Made by a program: the position numbers and the translations under genes. The notes below the pieces were generated by a model. The model worked only from the letters and a program-made list of their open reading frames with translations. It ran no database searches and had not been told where the DNA came from. Shown one piece after another: positions 1-8,808 of a DNA stretch of 64,000 bases. Within the stretch, counting starts at the first letter, position 1, and every line of letters begins with the position of its first letter. The stretch comes from an uncultured Gammaproteobacteria bacterium (GTDB lineage: Bacteria > Patescibacteriota > Patescibacteriia > UBA9934 > CAMTUG01): assembly GCA_964588955.1 (NCBI GenBank), contig CAZPQJ010000001.1, positions 10,155 through 74,154 of the forward strand. Reading direction: 5' to 3'.

Positions 1-129
1 ATTTTGCCCGCGTACGCTTGGGCATACCAGGTGCCCGCGCCTAACAAGACGGCTATAGCCAAAGAACATGGCAGTAAGCCGTAAAGGAGAACTTTTTTTG
101 CGGTCGGGTGCAACGGTTGCATAACACGG

Positions 130-513
130 TTATTCTTCGAAGCGAATGGGAATCTTGGTTTCTATTGTCGCTTTTAGCAGTGTAATGGTCAAGACCCCAT
201 TTTTCATCACGGCGTCAGTTGCTTCTGGACGAATATGAGCTGGCAACACGACGGTGCGGGAAAAGTCACCCCAATAGCATTCGCGAAAATGATAGGTTGA
301 ACCGATTTCTTCCTCCTCTTCCAGTCGGCGCGTCCCGCGAATGGTGATCACTTCTTCGCTCACATACAAGTCCACGTCTTCAATGCGGACACCGGCAATA
401 GCTGCACGAACAGTGATTGTGGTTGCTGACTCAATCACATCAACCGAAAGTTGCCCTTCGTTTTGCGAGATCCATTGGTCGGCAGCGTCGTTGGTGAACA
501 GTGGGGCGGACAT
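130..513 (-). CDS. Hsp20/alpha-crystallin small heat shock protein
   Basis: 127 aa with VDVIE..ITIRGTR..ECYWGDFSRTVVLP..AVMKNGVLTITLLK, typical alpha-crystallin motifs. Confidence 0.9.
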   Translation of the reverse strand: MSAPLFTNDAADQWISQNEGQLSVDVIESATTITVRAAIAGVRIEDVDLYVSEEVITIRGTRRLEEEEEIGSTYHFRECYWGDFSRTVVLPAHIRPEATDAVMKNGVLTITLLKATIETKIPIRFEE

Positions 514-515
514 AG

Positions 516-1172
516 CTAGGTGGTTGTTTTGGCGTTACGGACGAATTCATAGAGCGGTCCCAAAACAAATCCTACCACGCCAGAAAACAATAAGGCATCT
601 TTAGGGACCGAGAGGAGGTACGGTGTGACCGTTTCTCCTACGCCTAGGGTGCGAGCGAAGGTGAGCAAATAGAGAAGGTAAAAAACACCGGCCATCAAAA
701 AAGCACTCCAAATAGCGTTCCAAAATAAGTCGCGGCGCCGAGCGATGATATAACTGCCAATCACTAAACCTGCGGCGACGATGCTTTGGCTAGGAGAGGT
801 TTGCAGGAGAAAGATGAGTAGTAGGCTTAGCCACGACCAAGCGATGATGGCGAGAAGAAGTTCCGCAAACCAATGTTCGGCAGGACGGCGGAAAGGGAGA
901 TGGGCGTGGTGGCCGATGCGGTAGTGCTTACCAAACACGTTTTCAAAGATGACGGCGGCGATGCCGGCAAATAAGAACGCAATGAAGAAGTCAAAAATAC
1001 TTAACGAACCGCCCAGTGATTGTTGGGAGAGTGCCACAAAGACGGGGGTGAAGAAAACAGCGATAACACCGAGCAGGACCATTTCGCGCCGTGTGGAGGT
1101 TTGACGCAAAAAAAGATAGAGCCACATGACGCCAAGGAACGCGGTGAATACGGCAAGGGTAGGAGCGATCAT
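516..1172 (-). CDS. Multi-pass membrane protein (resembles the lycopene-cyclase-domain membrane proteins common in CPR)
   Basis: 218 aa, about 6-7 hydrophobic segments; RRDLFWNAIWSA and FAGIAAVIFE motifs; 2 nt upstream of the hsp20 gene. Confidence 0.55.
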   Translation of the reverse strand: MIAPTLAVFTAFLGVMWLYLFLRQTSTRREMVLLGVIAVFFTPVFVALSQQSLGGSLSIFDFFIAFLFAGIAAVIFENVFGKHYRIGHHAHLPFRRPAEHWFAELLLAIIAWSWLSLLLIFLLQTSPSQSIVAAGLVIGSYIIARRRDLFWNAIWSAFLMAGVFYLLYLLTFARTLGVGETVTPYLLSVPKDALLFSGVVGFVLGPLYEFVRNAKTTT

Positions 1173-1197
1173 AATGATCGCATTATAGCATATATTC

Positions 1198-1320
1198 AGA
1201 ACTTTCCTATTTGGTCTATTTTCGATTCACGAGCCTCGGCGACTTCATCAACGTATCAGATCCCTACGTCTCCTCATCGTTACTCCGTTTGTCGAAACTA
1301 GTCTCAAATTGAAAAGTTCT
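1198..1320. repeat. Palindromic non-coding element, copy 1
   Basis: Outer arms AGAACTTTCC / GAAAAGTTCT; core TCAACGTA..TACGTCTCCT shared with 4147-4266. Confidence 0.5.
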
Positions 1321-2611
1321 ACCCGACAAGTCCCCTCCACGATCCTGCGCGGCGCAAACGGGCGGCGGGGTAGCGGATGTAAGTAATATTGAACTGGCCT
1401 TTGAAGCGGGAGAAGCCTTTCCAGGACTCGGGATCACCCTCCATCCAAAAGACGCCAAAGTCCAGGTAGTGAAATCCTTTTTTGATGGCATCTTCATGCC
1501 AGACGCACATGAGCCCCATACCTGCGGCGGTTTCTTTGGAAGTGGGGAGCATGAAGGACATGAGGTGGCGGGACTGTTTGGCTTCGGGAATGTCGTGGCT
1601 CACAAAGCCGGCGACCATTGGACCTTGGGTGCCAATACGTCGGACTCCCCAGAAAACGAGGTCGTTGCCGTGGGTTTGTAAAAGTTGCTTGGTAAGATTG
1701 ATGAAATAAAACTTGAGGAGCACATTTTGTGCGCTTTGACGGTAGGCGCGGAAGAGTTCAGTCGGCGTTGGGTGGTAAATTTCCCATTCGGTTTGTGCGC
1801 GCCACTTTTTGGCTTGCCGTCGGGCGTGTTCAGACCAACGACGTTCATAGTTGCCGTCTTCGGGGAGTGTCTCGAAGCCCGTCATGTGGTTATACTTCAA
1901 CAATTTTGTGCTGACCCAACCACGACTGGCTGGAACTTCCCGCATCGCCTGCCAAATAACCACACGTAATGGACCGTCATTCCCATGAGGCGGCTCTACA
2001 TCACCAAAAAAGTTTTCAAACCAAAACGGACCAAAATGCCAGCGCGTACCATAACAACCCTCACGGCCAACGAGGGAATTCTTGTGCGACTTTTTCATGT
2101 CGCGCAGCAGGAATGCTTTATTTTCAAGGTGACTGTGGTAAGGGGAATCTTTAGAGAGCAAATGTGTTTCGGGGATCGACCCAAAGTAGCCGCGATGTTT
2201 TTTGCGTTCCCGCGTGTCTTTACGGGCGTCAACAAACAAAATGCGTACGCATTTGTACAAAAACCAGATGAGGATACCCATCACGACCAACGTGGCAATG
2301 CGCTGGGCATGGACGGCGTCGAGAATGTTTTCCTCCAGAGCGATGGAATAGAGGAGAGCGCCAAAGAGAAAGAAAAAGGTTTTGTTGAACTTCATGAAGA
2401 CGCCGAGGATCATCAATACGCCGAGGATCATTAATCCATATTCGTTGAAAAAGAGGGTCAGGAGTGTGTCGTAGTGGCGACCGACGATGATGCGATACAG
2501 ACCAAGACAGATCAAAAAAACACCCAAACTAATGCGGGTGGCAGATTTGGCATTGAGGTTTCTGAGCATCATAGACTTGGCCATTTTATGCTCATTTTGC
2601 CGGATCGGCAA
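1319..2611 (-). CDS. Membrane protein with C-terminal GNAT/FemAB-like domain; start uncertain
   Basis: About 4 N-terminal TM segments; C-terminal YLDFGVF..WKGFSRFKGQF resembles the FemAB/GNAT ending DFGG..GL.RFK.GF. Confidence 0.5.
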   Translation of the reverse strand: MPIRQNEHKMAKSMMLRNLNAKSATRISLGVFLICLGLYRIIVGRHYDTLLTLFFNEYGLMILGVLMILGVFMKFNKTFFFLFGALLYSIALEENILDAVHAQRIATLVVMGILIWFLYKCVRILFVDARKDTRERKKHRGYFGSIPETHLLSKDSPYHSHLENKAFLLRDMKKSHKNSLVGREGCYGTRWHFGPFWFENFFGDVEPPHGNDGPLRVVIWQAMREVPASRGWVSTKLLKYNHMTGFETLPEDGNYERRWSEHARRQAKKWRAQTEWEIYHPTPTELFRAYRQSAQNVLLKFYFINLTKQLLQTHGNDLVFWGVRRIGTQGPMVAGFVSHDIPEAKQSRHLMSFMLPTSKETAAGMGLMCVWHEDAIKKGFHYLDFGVFWMEGDPESWKGFSRFKGQFNITYIRYPAARLRRAGSWRGLVG

Positions 2612-2641
2612 CGCTTCGTGTGCGACGCTATTCGCCTGCTT

Positions 2642-2890
2642 TTATGAGGGGTCTTTTTCGCGTGTAAGCTTGCTGCCAATCCAGGTGGCGATAATCACCA
2701 AAATTGTCACGGCGACGGCGTAAATAAACTTTGCTAATAAGCCTTGGGTGCCAAGGGGAAAGACAAAATCAATCAAGGCTTTAATGGCATCATTCCACGC
2801 CAACCCAGCCACAAACCCAAAGGCGGCTAAAATGTACCCGAACGATTGTCGGCGGATCTCTTTGCGCAGGTCGTTTTGTTGTTGGTTCAT
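2642..2890 (-). CDS. Small membrane protein, DUF5654-like
   Basis: AFGFVAGLAWNDAIKALI..FIYAVAVTIL signature. Confidence 0.75.
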   Translation of the reverse strand: MNQQQNDLRKEIRRQSFGYILAAFGFVAGLAWNDAIKALIDFVFPLGTQGLLAKFIYAVAVTILVIIATWIGSKLTREKDPS

Positions 2891-2910
2891 AGAAGACTAG
2901 TTTACCACGA

Positions 2911-2939
2911 TTGACAAAAGTGGCTTTTTATGCTATATT
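2911..2939 (+). promoter_or_regulatory. Sigma70-like promoter
   Basis: TTGACA-17 nt-TATATT upstream of the 3064 ORF. Confidence 0.6.
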
Positions 2940-3063
2940 TTAACGTTATTTTTAGGCTAAAAGTTGTGGTCAGACTGCATCTTTTATGTCCATTCGTGCT
3001 GAAAATGTTTTGTTGTCAGCATAAACGGGCAATCCTGCCCATCGATCAACCCCGGAGCAATCA

Positions 3064-3939
3064 ATGGCACGAAACATCATCGAATCCCGTCGCAACGTAA
3101 CTGGTGTCGCGCTGTTCGTCCGTCACGACGGCAGCACCATCGGTCGCATCGCTGACGACCAGTTGTGGGATCTGTTGAGCCGCAACCTGCTCGCCCGCCA
3201 CGACGACGGCATGCGGTCGGTCATCCGCCATATCGGCAACGCCCTTCATCCGGGCGTCCGGCACTGGAAGGACGACGGCAGCGAGGACAACGCACGAATC
3301 GTGGAGTACGGCGAACCGTGGAAGACGCGCAAGGACGACAAGGACGTCTGGACACTCGACGTTCGGGAGGGTGTGACCCTCACCGTCGGGCGCAACCTCG
3401 ATCCGCACTTCCGCGACCGCGGCCTCGCCGTCAACATCACGTTCACCGACACGCAGGCGGCCACGAACTTCGATCGCACGGTTCGGGACTTCTCCGGACG
3501 CATGCACGGTCTCGGCGCCTACGTCGAGATTGCGAGTGTCACCTACGAGTCGGCGTTCTTTGTCCGCTCCACGGTATCCGGCCACTACACGTTCACACAG
3601 GGCACCCCCGAGCGGCTCGGAACCCGCATCAAGGACGTCAACGGTTGGTACCGCATCGCGCCGCTCGAAGGAGAGACACTCGTGGTGTACGACAACAGCC
3701 TCGGGATCGGCAATGGTCCCGAGTACATCGTCCACCCTGAGCGTGCGTTTGCCTCGGTGGGCCGGCTGTCGTTCCGCCTTGTGCAGGGCACCACCGCGCG
3801 GTTCGGTGGCATGGAGAACCACCGCATCTACGTCTACGAGGACTCGCTGCTGCCGATCGCTCCGCAAGAGCGCAACGGCTACAACCCCGACGACTTCGAC
3901 GATACTCGTTCGTCCTTCGGCTACGAGGACGAGTACTAG
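3064..3939 (+). CDS. Hypothetical protein (GC-rich orphan)
   Basis: 291 aa, strongly C-ending codons, GGAG before ATG, upstream promoter. Confidence 0.7.
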   Translation: MARNIIESRRNVTGVALFVRHDGSTIGRIADDQLWDLLSRNLLARHDDGMRSVIRHIGNALHPGVRHWKDDGSEDNARIVEYGEPWKTRKDDKDVWTLDVREGVTLTVGRNLDPHFRDRGLAVNITFTDTQAATNFDRTVRDFSGRMHGLGAYVEIASVTYESAFFVRSTVSGHYTFTQGTPERLGTRIKDVNGWYRIAPLEGETLVVYDNSLGIGNGPEYIVHPERAFASVGRLSFRLVQGTTARFGGMENHRIYVYEDSLLPIAPQERNGYNPDDFDDTRSSFGYEDEY

Positions 3940-4030
3940 CCACCACCCAGCTAGCAGGGCATCACCCATTCTGGTGAACCTGCTGTGCGGGTGGTGTTTC
4001 TGTTTTTAAAAGGATCATCAACATGTAGAA

Positions 4031-4063
4031 CAAAAAATCCCGTAGCGTTGCTACAGGATTTTT
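4031..4063. terminator. Intrinsic terminator downstream of tRNA-Glu (possibly bidirectional)
   Basis: AAAAAATCCCGTAGC-GTT-GCTACAGGATTTTT. Confidence 0.65.
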
Positions 4064-4138
4064 TGGTGACCCCAGGGAGAGTCGAACTCCCGTTACAGGC
4101 TTGAAAAGCCCGTGTCCTAACCATTAGACGATGGGGCC
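4064..4138 (-). tRNA. tRNA-Glu(TTC)
   Basis: Reverse complement GGCCCCATCGTCTAATGGTTAGGAC..CGGGC-TTTTCAA-GCCTG..GTTCGACTC..GGGGTCACCA; cloverleaf with encoded CCA. Confidence 0.95.
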
Positions 4139-4146
4139 TTATATTA

Positions 4147-4396
4147 TGGATTCCTGAAATTGGCGAGCTACTCGTCGTCCGCTGCGTGGCTGCGTCAACG
4201 TACTGTCAGTACGTCTCCTTGCCACTTGCTCCACGACTTCGTATTTCATCCAATTTCAGAAATCCACACAGGCTCGAATTTCAACTCATTTCTGCAAACC
4301 TCGTTTCCGAACGACTTCGCATCTCATCTATTTTCAGAAATCCTCACTTTCGACCTGGTCGAGAATTTCATCCAATTTCAGAAATCCTCGCTTCCA
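4147..4396. repeat. Palindromic element copy 2 plus tandem degenerate copies of its right arm
   Basis: TGGATTCCTGAAATTGG..CCAATTTCAGAAATCCA inverted arms; ATTTCATCCAATTTCAGAAATCC-like unit recurs near 4243, 4321 and 4366. Confidence 0.55.
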
Positions 4397-4667
4397 GATA
4401 GGCCGAATTGTGCCAGCACTCTAATCAATTTGTTGGATTTCGTCAATTGGGGGTGGTATTGTTGGTTTTTAAACCCTATTGACGGCTGACTTGTCCTTAT
4501 TTATGATCCCTTCGCCACGCTGGTGGCCCACTCTTGCCATCCCTGGCGGGATAAGGAGGTGCAATCTTGCGCAACACGTCGTAAAAGGAGCCGAGGCCTT
4601 TCTCCCTCGGCCGTGGTTCACGGGTCGCCCAGTTCTGGCGACCCGTGTTTTGCTTTCAGACAATGCT

Positions 4668-5747
4668 TTAGAAGTTTTTGTATCCCTGATACGCTTCTAG
4701 TTGCGTTGCAAAGACAATCGTACCATTGTCGGCGTAGGGCTTGATGGCTTCGAGAAGTTCTTGGATGAGGGGGAGGTGTTCGTCGAATAAGGTGAGGGGG
4801 ATGTGGATGTTCAGGCGTGCCACGCGGCTGCGATCGCGAATAGTGTCGGCTTGTTTAATGTAATCCACCACGGCGGCGATGTCTGCTTCATCAAATACGC
4901 AATCAGGATTGCAGGTACTACGTCCTTCGGCAATGGATCCTAATTCACCAATCTCTCCACCCATGATGGTCAATACGCCATCGTTATCTGGCACCAAGTC
5001 TGCCGTGTCTTTCAAATCATACAAATACAACCGATCGGCAAAGTCTGGAGGGATACTGTCGTGGTAGGCCACCATGTTGATGTAGACATCGGTGAAGCCT
5101 TCTGGCCGAGCGCTCATAGGCATAGAAAGATAGCCGAGGGCGGTGAGTCCATCGAGAAATTTGAACCCGCCTTGCGCGGCGGCTTGCACCCAGTTGTCTT
5201 CGGCAAATCCGCCAGAGACCCCCTGGTTGTTCTCTGCACCGACGAGCGCGTCGACGTAGGATTTACCTTCAGCGTATAAGGCGGCGTACTCAGGAATCGT
5301 AACCGTCTCACCATCTGGCAAGTGAAATCCCGCATGGGTGCCAACGCCATGCCCGCGGTCGAGCACTTCTTTCATAATATTGACTCCCCAAATGGTATTC
5401 GCTTTGGCGAACGGTTCAGCGCTCTCTACGGTCATTTTGGCACCGAAGGTATCGAACAGATTCATCGCGTTGCGCAAGATGGCTACGTGACGATGGAATA
5501 GGGGTTCGATGGTGTCGTCTTTCCAGTCTTCTTCCATGTGGGTCATGGTGGTGAAGTACAGGGGTGCATCGGTGCGTTGCTGGACTGTTGGAATATTCGC
5601 CGTTGTATTGGTTGTTGAGGTGTTGGTGGAAGGTGTTGATGTCTTCGTAAGCGTAAAAAAGGTGATGCCACCGGCCAAGGCGGCTAGGCCAATGGAGAAG
5701 ATGGCGAGGTTGACGTGTTTGAAATTCATACGTGTGGAGCTTAGCAC
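4668..5747 (-). CDS. Membrane-anchored/secreted protein, probable polysaccharide-deacetylase-like fold
   Basis: N-terminal TM, Thr-rich linker, then THMEE..AKMT..RGHGVGTH motif order typical of NodB-like hydrolases. Confidence 0.55.
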   Translation of the reverse strand: MLSSTRMNFKHVNLAIFSIGLAALAGGITFFTLTKTSTPSTNTSTTNTTANIPTVQQRTDAPLYFTTMTHMEEDWKDDTIEPLFHRHVAILRNAMNLFDTFGAKMTVESAEPFAKANTIWGVNIMKEVLDRGHGVGTHAGFHLPDGETVTIPEYAALYAEGKSYVDALVGAENNQGVSGGFAEDNWVQAAAQGGFKFLDGLTALGYLSMPMSARPEGFTDVYINMVAYHDSIPPDFADRLYLYDLKDTADLVPDNDGVLTIMGGEIGELGSIAEGRSTCNPDCVFDEADIAAVVDYIKQADTIRDRSRVARLNIHIPLTLFDEHLPLIQELLEAIKPYADNGTIVFATQLEAYQGYKNF

Positions 5748-5798
5748 AGCGGCGTAAAAAAACGAATCAGGAGCCGGCGAGTAGCCAGGCTCCTGCGG

Positions 5799-6212
5799 TT
5801 AGCGGGGGTGGTGACGCGGATGCTTGTCGCGGACGAGGGCGGGGATGGGCTCAAGAGGAGCAAGACGCAGAACAATGAGAATGTGTGATTCCGGGTAGTC
5901 GGCGGCAACACCGTCGGCGAGCTGGTCGAGGGAGTGTTCTTCTTTCAGCGCCTCGAGTGTCGCAAAGCGCCAATGGTCAGCGACACGGAAGCGGCAGGTT
6001 TGCTCCGGGGTGGTGTTGTAAACTACAACAACGTCTCCGTCTTCAAATCCGCCGTAGAATTCGTGAGTGGTTGTTACCACGAAGCACTTTTTTCCGGCTC
6101 GGATCTGCGTGAAGTCTACTGAACTTACACGCACGCGTCGCGCCAATTTTCTTTGTCGGCTCATGGTTTCCTCCAGGCGGCGTATTCTTCCTGTTTTCTG
6201 TTGTTCTGTCAA
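5799..6212 (-). CDS. ASCH/PUA-like domain protein; start may be 6164
   Basis: FTQIRAGKK..FEDGDVVVV..FRV..RFATLEAL pattern resembles ASCH. Confidence 0.5.
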   Translation of the reverse strand: MTEQQKTGRIRRLEETMSRQRKLARRVRVSSVDFTQIRAGKKCFVVTTTHEFYGGFEDGDVVVVYNTTPEQTCRFRVADHWRFATLEALKEEHSLDQLADGVAADYPESHILIVLRLAPLEPIPALVRDKHPRHHPR

Positions 6213-7231
6213 GGCTGGCGCGAGGCTTCGACTGCGGCGATAATCTTTTTGGCAACGGTGACGGCGCGTTCGGGCGTTTCGCTGATGGCCGTTTCTTTAC
6301 AGAGCATCACTGCCGAAGCGCCATCAAGGCAGGTGTTGGTGAGGTCGAGAATATCCGAACGCATCGGTAGGTAGTTTTCTAAAAGCGACTGTAGCATGCC
6401 AGTGGAAACAATCACGTACTTGCCGGCTCTGCGCGCCTTAGCAACAAGCATTTTTTGAATAAGCCCAAGGCGTTCGAACGGTACCGTGAGCGCTAAATCC
6501 CCACGAGCCACCATGATGCCGTGAGCGAGTTTCATAATTTCTTCGATGTTGTCGATCCCGCCCTGAGACTCGATTTTGGCGATGACAAGCGGTTGCCAGT
6601 CAGGTGTTGTTACTCGCGCAAGTTTTTGTATTAAGCGCTCGAGCATGTGCCGGGAGCTCACAAACGAAAAAGCCACCATCTCCGGTTTACTTTTGGGAAG
6701 CTCAGCGAGAATGGCGTCGAGTTCGTCGGTGACGTGATCAAGTTGGTCCGTAAGTTTTTCGCACGTGATGGCACAACGATTGTATAAAGCACCATTGTTC
6801 ATGGCACGAGCATGAAATTGATCGGCATGGTCGGTGGTCGTAACTTCAAATTGCAACTGGCCGTCGCCGGTATAAAAAAGATCGCCCATATTGAGCTGTG
6901 AGGCTAAATGCGGATAGGCAACGGGGATGAATTGTTCTACGTCGTCGGTCGATTGCGCGCTTACAAAGGTGTAAATTTTGTCTTGTACGAGTTTGATACT
7001 GACATCAGGGATTTTGCCAATGCGGATTTTTGCTTCCGGCAAGTCAGCCAACAAGCGCGCACCTTTGCCGTGGGCATCTACTTGCGCCCGGGCGGCTTGC
7101 AGCGAGGCACTAACTTTTGCTAAGTCCGCATGAGAAAACTTCATGCGAAAAACATCAACGCCCGCTTCGAGCATTTTTTGATTGCGCTCGGCGTAGTAAG
7201 GGTCTTTCCAAATGGTGGCGATGACGTCCAT
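6209..7231 (-). CDS. pyk: Pyruvate kinase (short, divergent)
   Basis: GVDVFRMKFSH, LADLPEAKIR, IAKIESQGGIDN, GIMVARGDL, DGASAVML..ETA; start taken at MDVIATI. Confidence 0.85.
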   Translation of the reverse strand: MDVIATIWKDPYYAERNQKMLEAGVDVFRMKFSHADLAKVSASLQAARAQVDAHGKGARLLADLPEAKIRIGKIPDVSIKLVQDKIYTFVSAQSTDDVEQFIPVAYPHLASQLNMGDLFYTGDGQLQFEVTTTDHADQFHARAMNNGALYNRCAITCEKLTDQLDHVTDELDAILAELPKSKPEMVAFSFVSSRHMLERLIQKLARVTTPDWQPLVIAKIESQGGIDNIEEIMKLAHGIMVARGDLALTVPFERLGLIQKMLVAKARRAGKYVIVSTGMLQSLLENYLPMRSDILDLTNTCLDGASAVMLCKETAISETPERAVTVAKKIIAAVEASRQP

Positions 7232-7354
7232 GGGATTGGATAAAAAAGGAGAAAGGAGGAGAAAAAATAAAAAAGGCATGAGGCCTCCTGAAGACAGTGT
7301 AACAGGGGTGGGTGGCTTGGCAAGAGGATAAAGTCGGGTTAGGATAAGGGAACT

Positions 7355-8404
7355 ATGCGCATATTGGCGATCGAGACAAGTTGTGACGAAACGGCGATGG
7401 CAATTATTGAAGGATCAAAGGATCGGTTGGTTGTGCGCAAGAATATTGTGGCTTCGCAAATGAAGTTGCATGAAAAATACGGCGGGGTGGTGCCAGAAGT
7501 GGCCGCGCGCAAACACGTGGAAACGATCGCACCGATGATTGCGGAGATCGCTCGGCCGGACGGATCCGACATCGATGCCATTGCGGTGACCTATGGTCCG
7601 GGGCTCGTTCCGGCACTGCGGGTCGGCGTGGAGATGGCGCGCACGTTGGCACTGCTCTGGAACAAACCGCTCGTTGGAGTGAATCATTTGGAAGGACATG
7701 TGTATTCCAACTGGCTAGGGCGCACTAAACGATCCAAGCCGATACGTTTTTCGGCGTTAGTGCTTATTGTCTCGGGAGGACATACGGAGATTGTGCTCAT
7801 GAAAGGTCATGGCGACTATACGTTGATCGGGGAGACACGCGATGACGCTGCTGGCGAGGCGTTCGACAAAGTCGCCAAGGTTTTGGGTTTGCCGTATCCG
7901 GGTGGCCCAGCCGTGTCGAGGCTGGCCCAAGAAGGAAATCCGAAGCGATTTGATTTACCGCGCCCGATGCTCGACGCGGCCAATTTTGATTTTAGTTTTT
8001 CCGGACTCAAGACGGCGGTGCTGTATGCGTGGCAGGCAGCATCAAAGTCCCCCTCCGGCTCCCCCTTGGTAAGGGGGAAAGATAAACTCGTGCGAGATAT
8101 GTGCGCGAGTTTTCAAGAGGCGGCGGTGGGAGTGTTGGTGGGTAAAATGACCAAAGCGATTGCCAAAACAAAACCAAAAACGGTCTTGATTGCTGGTGGG
8201 GTGGCAGCCAACGCGCACTTACGTAAATGCCTGGCGCGGGCGATCAAAAAACAATTTCCTAAAGTAACGTTTGTTGTTCCAAAGATGCCATACACCACCG
8301 ACAATGCCGCCATGATTGGGGCGGCGGGTTATTTTCATGCCATCAAAAAAGACGTGATAGATCCTCTTGCGCTCGAAGCCGATCCAAACTTGCGTTTAGT
8401 ATGA
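7355..8404 (+). CDS. tsaD: tRNA threonylcarbamoyladenosine biosynthesis protein TsaD
   Basis: ILAIETSCDET, GGVVPEVAARKH, NHLEGH, SGGHT, DDAAGEAFDK, TDNAAMIG. Confidence 0.97.
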   Translation: MRILAIETSCDETAMAIIEGSKDRLVVRKNIVASQMKLHEKYGGVVPEVAARKHVETIAPMIAEIARPDGSDIDAIAVTYGPGLVPALRVGVEMARTLALLWNKPLVGVNHLEGHVYSNWLGRTKRSKPIRFSALVLIVSGGHTEIVLMKGHGDYTLIGETRDDAAGEAFDKVAKVLGLPYPGGPAVSRLAQEGNPKRFDLPRPMLDAANFDFSFSGLKTAVLYAWQAASKSPSGSPLVRGKDKLVRDMCASFQEAAVGVLVGKMTKAIAKTKPKTVLIAGGVAANAHLRKCLARAIKKQFPKVTFVVPKMPYTTDNAAMIGAAGYFHAIKKDVIDPLALEADPNLRLV

Positions 8405-8805
8405 CGACGACACATTCAGCCGAAGAGACAAAAGTGATTGCCGCGAACTTTGTGAAGTCACTCAAGGGCGGGGAGTTTATTGCGCTTATCGGAGATTTAG
8501 GATCGGGTAAAACGACGTTTGTGCAGGGAATGGCCGAGGCACTACGTTCACACGCCAAGGTAAAATCACCAACCTTCACCCTCATGAACATTTATCCGAC
8601 GGATCATCCAAAAGTTAAGCAGATTGTGCACATCGACTATTATCGCGTGCCAACAGCCCATGATGATTTAGCTTTGGAAGACTATCGCCGGCCAGACACG
8701 ATTATTGTCGCCGAGTGGCCTACCGGACGAGATTTAAAACAACATCCGATCGTTGTCCGTTTTGCCCACGGATCCCGACCGGATGAACGCACGATTTCTT
8801 TTTAA
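8401..8805 (+). CDS. tsaE: t6A ATPase TsaE
   Basis: GDLGSGKTTF, SPTFTL, HIDYYR; overlaps tsaD stop. Confidence 0.93.
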   Translation: MTTTHSAEETKVIAANFVKSLKGGEFIALIGDLGSGKTTFVQGMAEALRSHAKVKSPTFTLMNIYPTDHPKVKQIVHIDYYRVPTAHDDLALEDYRRPDTIIVAEWPTGRDLKQHPIVVRFAHGSRPDERTISF

Positions 8806-8808
8806 TTT

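Noticed and set aside
2986-3024. 12-codon ORF MSIRAENVLLSA upstream of the 3064 gene as a sixth attenuator
   Set aside because: No control-codon cluster, no U-tailed terminator, and the ATG is not promoter-proximal as in the five units.
3061-3969. 302 aa minus-strand ORF
   Set aside because: Antisense shadow of the GC-rich plus-strand gene, which has the promoter, SD and codon bias.
4230-4400. Possible CRISPR array (repeats at about 40-nt spacing)
   Set aside because: Units are degenerate, spacers are short and similar, and no cas genes are in the window; better explained as copies of a hairpin-element arm.
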